DNA from: Spirochaetota bacterium
GTDB lineage: Bacteria; Spirochaetota; UBA4802; UBA5550
DNA length: 64,000 bases
NCBI GenBank assembly: GCA_963663865.1
Contig: OY760686.1
Span: forward strand, 576,001-640,000
Direction of reading: 5' to 3'
Shown here: in pieces, positions 30,447-39,490 of the stretch
Position numbering within the stretch: the first letter of the stretch is position 1
How the letters are laid out: every line of letters starts with the position of its first letter
The notes under the pieces: model-generated
The model's input: the letters and a program-made list of their open reading frames with translations, nothing else
The model's database searches: none
What the model was told of the DNA's origin: nothing
Made by a program: the position numbers and the translations under genes

Positions 30447-31559
30447 TTATGGACAATTGATTAGATTTTTCTTGTACTCAGTAGGTGAAACTCCTTTGTA
30501 CCTTCTGAACGCCCGGTTAAAAGAGGCCTTAGAGTTAAATCCTGAATTTAATGCAATGTGTAAAAAATTGGTTTTGTCCGGATTCTTCATGTTGCGGATT
30601 ACATCGTCAATTCTTAATCTATTGATATAATCTGTAAAACGAATTCCAAATTCTGAATTTATTACCTGTGAAAGAGTGTTTTTGTGAACACCAATGTAGT
30701 TTGCTATCGTTGATATCTTGATCTCTGAATCAAGATATAGTTTATTATTTTTTACTGTGTTGATAAATGTCTTTAATATAATGTCCTTCTTGTCTAATGG
30801 TATCACCTTCATATAGTTCGATTTGCTTCTGTGTGTTGTCTGAGAAATAGAATTTATTATTGAATGATATGAAAGGAAGAGTATTATAATAATTGTTTCA
30901 AATAACTCAAAAAATGATAAATTACTCAAAAATGATTGATTTCCTTCTATAATTGATTCGAAAGACATGTCGATAAAATGAGACACTATAAAGAAAAAAG
31001 AGTATAAAATAATTGTTCTTGCCAAAAGATAATTTATAATCTTAGAAAACCACTTCAGGTTTCTGTCTGGGCTTTTCTTTGTCAAAGGGAAAATAAATAT
31101 TTTAAGAACTCCTAAATATACAATCAGATGGATTGATGTAAGAATAGCATTTATCCGGCCAAGCTGGTCCCAAAAAAAACCATAGTTTGTGTAGAGATAT
31201 AAGTGTGCTGATGTGCTGAATAGAATTGCAATCACAGGAGGCAGATGTGGGTATATACTACCTTTATTAAGTGCTACCCCGAAGATTGATAAACCATAAA
31301 GATATATTAGGATATTCACCAGTATTGCACTGGTCATATCTGGTATTGCTAAAGTTAAAAAGAGATATTTCTGATCATAGCCTATACCTCCAAAAAAGAA
31401 TGTTCTAGACATCCAAAAAATAAAACTGTTAAAGGCTTTTATTGCAATGAAATAAATAAGAATAAGATTAGAACGGTTTTTATTTTTTGATAAAATAAAT
31501 ATTGTTAATACGCTCTGCAGTAGAAGAAAAAAAAGCGTAGAAATGATTAAATATAGCAT
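30447..31559 (-). CDS. Membrane-anchored AraC-family transcriptional regulator
   Basis: Multi-TM N-terminus; AraC HTH 'LYLDSEIKISTIA...LSQVIN...FTDYINRLRI...IALNSGFNSKASFNRAFRRYKGVSPTEYK'. Confidence 0.92.
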   Translation of the reverse strand: MLYLIISTLFFLLLQSVLTIFILSKNKNRSNLILIYFIAIKAFNSFIFWMSRTFFFGGIGYDQKYLFLTLAIPDMTSAILVNILIYLYGLSIFGVALNKGSIYPHLPPVIAILFSTSAHLYLYTNYGFFWDQLGRINAILTSIHLIVYLGVLKIFIFPLTKKSPDRNLKWFSKIINYLLARTIILYSFFFIVSHFIDMSFESIIEGNQSFLSNLSFFELFETIIIILFLSYHSIINSISQTTHRSKSNYMKVIPLDKKDIILKTFINTVKNNKLYLDSEIKISTIANYIGVHKNTLSQVINSEFGIRFTDYINRLRIDDVIRNMKNPDKTNFLHIALNSGFNSKASFNRAFRRYKGVSPTEYKKNLINCP

Positions 31560-31628
31560 ATATTACCCATTTACGCTAAATCCGGATATTACATATTATA
31601 CCCGGATTCAGCGTCATATCAACAAAAA

Positions 31629-33812
31629 TTATTCAGGGAAAGACAGTCCATACTCTATTTTGCACCAGTCGGAAGAGCTGATGTTATCATCAGCTACTGC
31701 TGGATTCTGTAATTCCGCATCCTCATTAGTCGAGTAAAGGCTTGCGGGTAATTTCCCAGTGATTTCAAGTGAATTTACCGAGTGTAATACATCAAACAGA
31801 TATTTTGTTGGCGAGCCCCAATAAGCGATCAGACAGTCACAGTTGTTATAGAGTTCATCAAGAATTGCTGATGATCTTTTCATTTTGACGATAACAATCA
31901 AAAGGCTGTTATTATCATTCGATCCACCAATAAATTGATAAAGTTCTTTAACCTTATTTAAACCGTTTATATAGAATTCGTCCGCGTAACCATCGTCTTC
32001 ATTCGTAAGGTTATAATAGTAACTCAAAAGACCATCAGGATCACCTGTCTCGTCATTAATCCTTTCTGGAGCATCTACTGTAATAACGGTGTAGTCTGAA
32101 TAGTGAGCTCTTGCCTCTTCGATTGTTGGATAAGCCCCTTCAGTTAATCCCATATCACTCCAACTAAAACTGTTGATTACAGTAGAATAACCGGAAGCTA
32201 ATTGATATTGATAATCAATTTCAATTGAGCTGTACCCGCTTACATAGTAGCTGTTTGAGCCAGCTTGTTTGTAGGGTATCCCTGCATCCATTGGTAAAAA
32301 TGCTTTGTTATTTTTTACTGTATTTTTAAGTAATATAATTTGATTGAGAAGAGTATCTGTTGCTCTGGAAGAGTAATCAGAATTGTCTTCAATGCTTTCG
32401 GCTGAAGAAGCATCAATTACACCATCATCATTAACTATATAGGGATTGTCGAAAAGCCCCAGATTAAACATAAGTGTTAGTATTTTTTCTGAAGAAGTAT
32501 CAAGGCTTCCGCTCTCAAGTTCAGAAATTCCGTTAGAAAGGGTTGCAGCATCTTCAATTTTTACATTGTTTATTACATCACACCCGGCATTGATCATGGA
32601 AATAGCTCTATCCAGAGTCGAAGCTTCGGTTACGTTTAACATGTTTGTTCGATAAAGTGCGTCAGTTTCTGAAAATACCAAACCACTGAAGTCATGTTCA
32701 GCCAGCTTGGTTTTAAGTATATCACTGTTATATGATATCTCCGTTGCCTGAACGTCAGAGACACCCTCTGGAGCACCATAACCGGCCATAACACCGGAAA
32801 CGCCTGATTCAATAGCTTTATCAACAGGTAAAAGATGGGTGTTAAAGTTGGTGGCGTTTCCGTAGGCTATAAGTCCGGAAGAGATTGATGCTTTGGCGTC
32901 AATGCCATTCTTTTGGGGCCCCATTCCCGGAAAGTGTTTAATTACACTTGCGACGCCTTCGGAGTTAAGCTCTTCTTGTCCCTGCAAACCTTTAATAATG
33001 CCAGCTGTAATTTCTCCGACAGTTTCAGCATTTTCTCCAAAGCAATTTTTACTTCCATTCCATCGTGGTTCAGTCGCTATATCGGATTGTGGAGCAAAGG
33101 CTAAACGTACGCCGATAGACCTGTAACAGTCTTTAAGGTATGAGCCGAATTCAAAAGGTAATTCAGTGTCGCTAATCGAGCCAGCGGCAATTCCAGGTGC
33201 AGGAGCGAAGTCGATCATGCCTACGGCAGTCGTCGGATATGACGGGAGCATGTCTGAAGTTAATAGAATCGGAATGCCAAGTCTTGATGATTCAGCAATT
33301 TTTTGTAACTCATTTGCATAATTTGCTCTTGCTTTGATCTTGTAATTGTTGGCATTCGTAAAAAATAATCTTGCATTTTGGTTTGTGATTGCATCATTTT
33401 CTGTGCCAATCATAGCGCCAGTGCTGTCCCCGGGCCCTGGGAGGATAGTGTTGAATAACAAACCGGCTTTCTCTTTGTTGTTCATAAGACTTAGCAGGTT
33501 ATTTACTCTTTCCGAGGTCGTTTTGGACCAATCTTCATAAATGTCAACTTCTCCGTTGCCGTTTAAATCCTTATAATAAGTAATACAGCCATTTTCATCT
33601 TCTATTTGAATGATGTCTTTAATTCCTGCATCTGGAACAAGTGTTTGTGTAGACGGACAAACAGGATTGTCATCGTCATCATTTGGTATAGGCTCGCTGC
33701 TGGTATTATCACCACAGCCCGCGAATAAAATGGAAAACAATGTTCCGAGCGCTGCCAAAAAAATTTTTTTTGATGTTAACATACTTATATCTCCTATGGA
33801 ATTTCTTTTCAT
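31629..33812 (-). CDS. Glycoside hydrolase family 3 lipoprotein (GH3-3; atypical nucleophile motif)
   Basis: Lipobox LFAGC; 'KDLNGNGEVDIYEDW', 'EPRW', 'KHFPG' and 'LGLFDNPY'. The (S/T)DW position reads 'FSET'. Confidence 0.85.
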   Translation of the reverse strand: MKRNSIGDISMLTSKKIFLAALGTLFSILFAGCGDNTSSEPIPNDDDDNPVCPSTQTLVPDAGIKDIIQIEDENGCITYYKDLNGNGEVDIYEDWSKTTSERVNNLLSLMNNKEKAGLLFNTILPGPGDSTGAMIGTENDAITNQNARLFFTNANNYKIKARANYANELQKIAESSRLGIPILLTSDMLPSYPTTAVGMIDFAPAPGIAAGSISDTELPFEFGSYLKDCYRSIGVRLAFAPQSDIATEPRWNGSKNCFGENAETVGEITAGIIKGLQGQEELNSEGVASVIKHFPGMGPQKNGIDAKASISSGLIAYGNATNFNTHLLPVDKAIESGVSGVMAGYGAPEGVSDVQATEISYNSDILKTKLAEHDFSGLVFSETDALYRTNMLNVTEASTLDRAISMINAGCDVINNVKIEDAATLSNGISELESGSLDTSSEKILTLMFNLGLFDNPYIVNDDGVIDASSAESIEDNSDYSSRATDTLLNQIILLKNTVKNNKAFLPMDAGIPYKQAGSNSYYVSGYSSIEIDYQYQLASGYSTVINSFSWSDMGLTEGAYPTIEEARAHYSDYTVITVDAPERINDETGDPDGLLSYYYNLTNEDDGYADEFYINGLNKVKELYQFIGGSNDNNSLLIVIVKMKRSSAILDELYNNCDCLIAYWGSPTKYLFDVLHSVNSLEITGKLPASLYSTNEDAELQNPAVADDNISSSDWCKIEYGLSFPE

Positions 33813-34181
33813 TTGAAATAAAACACTTTAATAAAAAGATTAAATGTTTAAGCAAGATATCTTAAACATGATTTTGGTTGGAACGTTTTGACGGCTAAGC
33901 TCCAAAAGGCGAGAGGAAATTACGTCTAAATCCATAAGCATCAGGAGGCATAACCACTTCCCGTAATAAAAATGTAATTGTATTTATACCTCCTAAATAT
34001 TAATTAATTCCATAATCCCAGTTTCACCGCAATACAGTAAGCCTTAATGCGGAGTGAATTGCTTGAGACTACATTTTTGGGGCGATTTCGAATGTAAGTT
34101 GTTTGGTAATGAACATCTGACATCAAAGCAAACCCGTCTTAATATCCTATTCTATAATTTTACATTATAATTATAAAAAGG

Positions 34182-34205
34182 TCGTCTCATGATGAAATAT
34201 GAGTC
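34182..34205 (-). promoter_or_regulatory. Shared 24-bp regulatory box, copy 4 (upstream of GH3-3/AraC unit)
   Basis: Minus strand GACTCATATTTCATCATGAGACGA; 21/24 identical to copy 1. Confidence 0.65.
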
Positions 34206-34359
34206 TTGTTTTTTTAATTTCATGCCTTAGATTTAATGAATTTAATAAATATTGAGATCAAAGGTCGTGTAGTAGAAAGGAGATAAGAATTAAAATAATT
34301 CAGTTGCTATTATTTGCATTTATCTGATGAATTGCAGATTATAAATAACTCGAGGTTAA

Positions 34360-35643
34360 GTGATGGCAGACTATTCAAAAATGTGGGAAGACCTTGGTCT
34401 TGATCTGGGTGCTCATGATTCATTGTTGTCAGTACTGGGCGGCGCTTATTCGGAAATATTCCTGTCTCAGAAGAACAGACCCGAAGGAATGAAGTATTTT
34501 GATTTTGTTATGAGTGAAGTTCATGGATTGCGTATTAAGGAGATTGTTGACGCTAAAAAACAGGGCAAGAAGGTGATTGGCTCTTATTGCGTATTTGTTC
34601 CGGAAGAGCTGATTCTTGCTGTTGACGGCGTTTCCGTCGGGCTCTGTGCGGGGGCCGAGTTTAATTTTGAAGGCGCAGAGACAATGCTTCCAAGAAATAC
34701 CTGCTCGCTTATAAAATCAGCATTTGGGTTCAAGCTCGGAAAAGTATGTCCATATCTCGAAGCAAGCGATGTCGTAGTGGGAGAGAACACATGCGACGGT
34801 AAAAAGAAATCGTATGAAATGCTGAAGCCTCTTCTTAAAGACCTGTATATTATGGATATGCCTCAGATGAAGTCTGAAAAAGGACGCGAGCTCCTGAAAA
34901 CAGAATATCTCAGGTTTATTGACAAGCTTGAAGAGGTCAGCGGTAATAAGGTGACAGCAGAATCCCTCAGAAAGGGTATTGAGATAGTAAACGCTAAAAG
35001 AAAGGCTGTCAACAGGCTTTCCAGATTGAGATCTGCTGATCCTGCGCCAATTTCCGGGCTTGATGCATTGCTGGTTAATCAGGTTTTCTTTTATGATGAT
35101 CCCGTAAGGTTTACGGCTTCTGTCAACAGTCTATGCGATGAACTTGAGGAGAGGGTGAAGAACAACATCGGAGTTTTCCCAAAAGGTACTGCGCGGGTTG
35201 TTATGTCCGGCTGCCCCATGGCTGTCCCGAACTGGAAGCTTCCTTCAATCGTTGAGTCAGGAGGCGCTGTTATAGTGGGTGAGGAATCATGTGTCGGAGA
35301 AAGGGGTGTTAGATGGCTTGCTGACACAAAAAGTGAATCCCTTAATGAAATGATTGATAGTCTTACGGAAAGATATTTCAACATTGACTGTGCCGTTTTT
35401 ACGCCAAACCCATCAAGAAGTGAATACCTGCAGGAGATGGGGGACAAACTCAACGCACAGGGGGCAATCCACTATAATCTTCAGTTCTGTCAGCCGTATA
35501 TTATGGAAAGCGCCATGATGGAGAAAAAAGTCGAGAGCTCAGGCCTGCCAATGCTCCGTCTCGAAACCGATTACAGCCAGGAAGATGTTGGTCAGTTGAA
35601 GACAAGGGTCGAGGCTTTCGTTGAGCGAATAAACGGCAAATGA
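34360..35643 (+). CDS. Double-cubane cluster protein (DCCP; 2-hydroxyacyl-CoA dehydratase D-component family)
   Basis: Cys motifs 'YCVFVPEE', 'GLCAG', 'RNTCSLIKS', 'NTCDGKKK', 'EESCVGER', 'IDCAVFTPN', 'QFCQPY'; ends 'GQLKTRVEAF'. Closely follows the C. hydrogenoformans DCCP pattern. Confidence 0.88.
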   Translation: MMADYSKMWEDLGLDLGAHDSLLSVLGGAYSEIFLSQKNRPEGMKYFDFVMSEVHGLRIKEIVDAKKQGKKVIGSYCVFVPEELILAVDGVSVGLCAGAEFNFEGAETMLPRNTCSLIKSAFGFKLGKVCPYLEASDVVVGENTCDGKKKSYEMLKPLLKDLYIMDMPQMKSEKGRELLKTEYLRFIDKLEEVSGNKVTAESLRKGIEIVNAKRKAVNRLSRLRSADPAPISGLDALLVNQVFFYDDPVRFTASVNSLCDELEERVKNNIGVFPKGTARVVMSGCPMAVPNWKLPSIVESGGAVIVGEESCVGERGVRWLADTKSESLNEMIDSLTERYFNIDCAVFTPNPSRSEYLQEMGDKLNAQGAIHYNLQFCQPYIMESAMMEKKVESSGLPMLRLETDYSQEDVGQLKTRVEAFVERINGK

Positions 35644-36395
35644 GATATGCCGGTATTGATTTAGGTTCGCGAACAGTCAAGCTTGCCATTCTGGAAGAAG
35701 GCAGGCTTGTCTTTTCCAGAAAAGCTGCTTCATCCTACAATCCTGTTGAGACAGTGATGGAGCTCATTAACGGGGCTAAATATGATGTTATAACAGCGAC
35801 CGGGTATGGAAGGCATCTTATCAAGGAGAAGCTGGGCTGCGGAGTTATCAGCGAGATATCCGCTTTTGCCCGGGGAGGTTCTTTTCTCGAAAGCAGATGC
35901 ACAGCTATTCTTGATATAGGCGGACAGGATACCAAGGCGATATCTCTTGATCATAATGGAGGCATGTCTCGGTTCGAAATGAACGATAAATGCGCTGCCG
36001 GGACAGGACGATTTCTCGAGGTCATGGCGGCATCTCTGGGTTATTCCTTTGATGAATTTGGTGAAGCGGCCCTTGAAGCAGAACATCCCGTCAAAATCAA
36101 CAGCATGTGCACTGTGTTCGCGGAATCAGAGGTTGTTTCCCTGATTTCGCGAGGTGTTCGGCGTGAGGATGTAGCTCTTGGTATTCACAGGGCAATCATT
36201 GGGCGTTCAGTAAGCCTGCTGAAGCGGGTTGCTTCGCCTGAGGGAGCTCTGCTTTTTGCTGGAGGTGTTGCTCTGAGCAAGACCATGAAGCAATTGCTGG
36301 AAAAAGAAACCGGAAGAGACGTAGTCGTCCCTGATGACCCGCAGATTGTGGGCGCAATAGGAGCGGCGTTGTCATGCAAGCCGTCTGAATTGTGA
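35640..36395 (+). CDS. ATP-dependent activator/reductase (DCCP-R / HgdC-type)
   Basis: 'GIDLGS', 'ATGYGR', 'DIGGQDTK', 'MNDKCAAGTG' and 'CTVFAESE'; overlaps the DCCP stop. Confidence 0.92.
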   Translation: MRYAGIDLGSRTVKLAILEEGRLVFSRKAASSYNPVETVMELINGAKYDVITATGYGRHLIKEKLGCGVISEISAFARGGSFLESRCTAILDIGGQDTKAISLDHNGGMSRFEMNDKCAAGTGRFLEVMAASLGYSFDEFGEAALEAEHPVKINSMCTVFAESEVVSLISRGVRREDVALGIHRAIIGRSVSLLKRVASPEGALLFAGGVALSKTMKQLLEKETGRDVVVPDDPQIVGAIGAALSCKPSEL

Positions 36396-36400
36396 GGGAA

Positions 36401-36901
36401 TTATGCTTTGATGCCGGAAATGTCTTTCTTGAAAATCAGGGCGTCGTTCCCGTCGTTGTCCAGGCATCTTTCAAGGGTACTCCATCCAAGAGAGGAATAG
36501 AAGTTGGAAAGCATTGCGCTGTCCGGGCCTGAAACGAAGAGGAAAATGCGTGTGTGTCCGGATTCCCCGGCATACAATTCGGCAGTTTCAACCAGGCGTG
36601 TGCCAATCCCCATTCTTCTGAATTTAGGATGGACATAAAGCGATGCCAGCCATGGGTTAAGGTCCTTGCGGCTCCACAGATCGTTTGTTTTCAGAGAAAC
36701 CATTCCGGCAGGAATGCCCCTGTGCAGGGCCGCAAAGCTTAGTGGAATTACTCTGCTCATTGCCCTTGCCCGGTATGACTTGAGGTTCATATCAAACGAA
36801 ATGTCACGGTTAAGATACCACTCGGTATGTGACCAGTGTGCGAGTATTGGGGCCAGGTGAGGACAGGCGCTCAGAGGGAATATTTCGATTTCAGGTTGCA
36901 T
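36401..36901 (-). CDS. GNAT family N-acetyltransferase
   Basis: Motif A 'WLASLYVHPKFRRMGIGTRLV' and 'FYSSLGW'. Confidence 0.88.
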   Translation of the reverse strand: MQPEIEIFPLSACPHLAPILAHWSHTEWYLNRDISFDMNLKSYRARAMSRVIPLSFAALHRGIPAGMVSLKTNDLWSRKDLNPWLASLYVHPKFRRMGIGTRLVETAELYAGESGHTRIFLFVSGPDSAMLSNFYSSLGWSTLERCLDNDGNDALIFKKDISGIKA

Positions 36902-37147
36902 ATTTAAACAGAGGTAATGTCTCTTGAATTATATAGTGTCAGATGGAAGTTCGCTAACATACTGTCGAAAAAATTCTGCAAAACAACTGATTTAACAGAA
37001 TATACCTTTTAGCTGAAAAGCTCCACAGGCTTATAACAGCTCAAAAAATCTGTGAAGGGTTAACTCAGAGATGCGTAAAACGAATCTTAGAAATTAACGG
37101 GTTTGTTGCCCCAAAAGATGGGGCCCCGTTTGAAGTCAGATCAGGCA

Positions 37148-37234
37148 TTAGCCTTTTTTTGATTCAGCTTTTTTTCTTTTAATGCGGCGTTTGGCTCTCT
37201 GCCTTTTAATTCTTGCGTTGTACTGCTTGCCCAC
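37148..37234 (-). CDS. Small basic protein, 28 aa (MGKQYNARIKRQRAKRRIKRKKAESKKG)
   Basis: GGAGG RBS 8 nt before GTG; 14/28 residues K/R; hairpin downstream. Not in the ORF track. Confidence 0.65.
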   Translation of the reverse strand: MGKQYNARIKRQRAKRRIKRKKAESKKG

Positions 37235-37396
37235 GTAGTAGACCTCCGGGTTGCGGTGTAATGTTTGTTTATAAGGCATATTGATGGTGCGGGTTTGTCA
37301 ACATTTTTTGCGAAAATACGCGTGATGTGCTGCAGTAACTGTTTAATTGTTGACAAAAAAACAGGCATGAAATAAATCTGTCAACTGTTCGGCGGT

Positions 37397-38305
37397 TTGA
37401 TATTGCTAAAAGATATTGAAAGAGCGTATGCAAAGGTAAATCTTCACCTGAGGGTTTTAAACCGAAGGAAAGACGGATATCACGACATATTCTCTCTCAT
37501 GGCTTTGATTGGACTGTGCGATCTTTTAAAATTGGAAAGGTTTGAGCTGCTGGACGCTGAAGAGTCCATTGTGACTGTGGAGTGTACCGGCGGGATCTGT
37601 TCGTCAGTTATAGAGGCTTTGCCCGATCAGGACAACCTGATTGTAAAAGCCGTAAAGCGTCTTCTTGAGTCTCGTGGCCTGAAAGCCAGGGCGCACTTCT
37701 CAATTGAGAAAAATATCCCCGCAGGAGCCGGATTAGGGGGCGGAAGCGCTGATGCTGCCGCCGCTTTAAGGATGATCGGCACGCGGTTAGGGATAAAGCC
37801 GGAAGAGCTTTTTGATACGGCCGCTGGCGTTGGCGCGGATGTGCCTTTCAGCCTTTTCGGAGGAGCGGCGCTTTGTGAAGGTGTTGGCGACCAAATGACT
37901 CGCGTAACCAACCGGCTTGAGTATTTTCTGGTTGTAGCCAACTGCGGAGTGCATGTAGATACTGGATGGGCGTATAAAGAGCTTTCGCGTGGGACTGTGC
38001 CGCTTAAATCGGGCATTGAAATCCTTAAGGAAAAAGCCCTGATAGAGCAGGCGGTTGCTTCCAGTGATTTGAAGCTGCTGAAGCAGACACTGACAAATGA
38101 TTTCGAATATGCAGTGTTCAGCGCTTATCCGGAAGTGAAAGAACTGAAAAACAGACTTGACGAAGCTGGAGCGGACTTTAGTATAATGACAGGGTCCGGT
38201 TCAACAGTAATTGGCCTTTTCAAAGAACGTGTAACAGCGGAAGATGCGGTTTCTGTTTTTCCTCGTGAATGGTTCGCGTTTGTCACGGAATTTGTGAAAA
38301 CTTAA
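37397..38305 (+). CDS. ispE: 4-diphosphocytidyl-2-C-methyl-D-erythritol kinase
   Basis: 'AKVNLHL', 'DGYHDI', 'KNIPAGAGLGGGSADAAA', 'GADVPF' and 'MTGSGST'. Confidence 0.95.
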   Translation: MILLKDIERAYAKVNLHLRVLNRRKDGYHDIFSLMALIGLCDLLKLERFELLDAEESIVTVECTGGICSSVIEALPDQDNLIVKAVKRLLESRGLKARAHFSIEKNIPAGAGLGGGSADAAAALRMIGTRLGIKPEELFDTAAGVGADVPFSLFGGAALCEGVGDQMTRVTNRLEYFLVVANCGVHVDTGWAYKELSRGTVPLKSGIEILKEKALIEQAVASSDLKLLKQTLTNDFEYAVFSAYPEVKELKNRLDEAGADFSIMTGSGSTVIGLFKERVTAEDAVSVFPREWFAFVTEFVKT

Positions 38306-38332
38306 TGCCCTCTGCGGCAGTTAAGTATATAT

Positions 38333-38404
38333 TGAGGCGTAGCCAAGCGGTAAGGCACCGGGTTTTGGTCTCGGCATTCCAAGGTTCGAATCCTTGCGCC
38401 TCAG
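38333..38404 (+). tRNA. trnQ: tRNA-Gln (anticodon TTG), CCA not encoded
   Basis: TGAGGCG/CGCCTCA acceptor stem, D-arm, anticodon loop TTTTGGT and GGTTCGAATCC T-loop; canonical ispE–tRNA-Gln–prs synteny. Confidence 0.95.
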
Positions 38405-38510
38405 ATCTCTCTTTCTTTCATATTAGCGCTGTGGTTCGGGGTTCATCATACTCCGTTGTTCAGCCTCTCGGAAAAGATCCATTGACCACAGAAAAAAAGA
38501 AGGTTAAGTA

Positions 38511-39452
38511 ATGCTTAATGGTACAATGAAGCTGTTTTCAGGTTCCTCAAACCCGGAATTAGCAAAAGATATAGCCAGATCAGTCGGAGTGGAACTCTCA
38601 AAGATTGATCTTAAGCGATTCAAGGACGGAGAAATCTCCGTTAAGCTTAAGGAGAACGTTCGCGGTCAGGATGTCTTTATCATCCAGTCAACGTGCAATC
38701 CGACGAACGACCATGTAATGGAGCTTCTCCTGATAATTGACGCGGCAATGAGGGCTTCTGCCGGCCGAATAACCGCGGTAATTCCTTATTTTGGTTATGC
38801 CAGGCAGGACAGAAAGGTAGAGCCCAGGGTGCCGATTTCCGCCAAGGTTATGGCGAATATTATACAGGTTACAGGTGCGGACAGGGTCCTTACGATGGAC
38901 CTTCACGCTGATCAGATACAGGGGTTCTTTGATATTCCCGTGGATAATCTTTTCGCCAGCCCAATAGCTCTCGACTACATAAAGTCGCTTAAGCTTGAAG
39001 ATATGGTGGTAGTTTCACCTGACTCGGGCGGAGTGGACAGGGCAAGATTTCTGGCAAGAAATCTCGACGCGGGGCTTGCAATTGTTGACAAGAGGCGTCC
39101 GGAAGCCAATGTAGCTGAGGTTATGCATGTAATTGGCGATGTAAATGGCAAGAACTGTATCATAGTTGATGACATGGTTGATACAGGCGGTTCAATATCC
39201 AAGGGATGTCTTGCGCTGAAGAAATTTGGCGCCAAAGATGTTTACTGTCTGTTCACTCATCCGGTGTTCTCCGGTGATGCCGCGGTGAAGATGCAGGAAG
39301 CCGGATTTAAAGAAATAATAACCACGAATACAATTCCTGTTCGTGATGAAAATCGAGTAGCATGCGTAACTACACTTTCGATAGCTCCACTTCTCGGAGA
39401 AGCTATCAGAAGGATTCACAAGGGTGAGTCAGTAAGTTCGCTTTTTGTATAG
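38511..39452 (+). CDS. prs: Ribose-phosphate pyrophosphokinase
   Basis: 'PYFGYARQDRK', 'DLHADQIQGFF', 'VVSPDSGG' and 'VDDMVDTGGS'. Confidence 0.97.
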   Translation: MLNGTMKLFSGSSNPELAKDIARSVGVELSKIDLKRFKDGEISVKLKENVRGQDVFIIQSTCNPTNDHVMELLLIIDAAMRASAGRITAVIPYFGYARQDRKVEPRVPISAKVMANIIQVTGADRVLTMDLHADQIQGFFDIPVDNLFASPIALDYIKSLKLEDMVVVSPDSGGVDRARFLARNLDAGLAIVDKRRPEANVAEVMHVIGDVNGKNCIIVDDMVDTGGSISKGCLALKKFGAKDVYCLFTHPVFSGDAAVKMQEAGFKEIITTNTIPVRDENRVACVTTLSIAPLLGEAIRRIHKGESVSSLFV

Positions 39453-39490
39453 AAGAAAACCGAATAACGTTTAACAAATAGAGGTATATT

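Noticed and set aside
23727-34207. Boxes at 23729 and 34205 as terminal inverted repeats of a transposon
   Set aside because: Two more gene-oriented copies lie inside the island, no target duplication was seen and there is no active DDE transposase. A regulator-site explanation fits better.
37141-37368. 75-aa ORF from the track
   Set aside because: It spans the divergent promoter region. An RBS-supported 28-aa ORF in another frame (37148–37234) is more credible.
38333-38404. tRNA-Gln as an island integration site
   Set aside because: No duplicated 3' tRNA fragment or integrase was seen, and the flanking ispE/prs synteny is intact.
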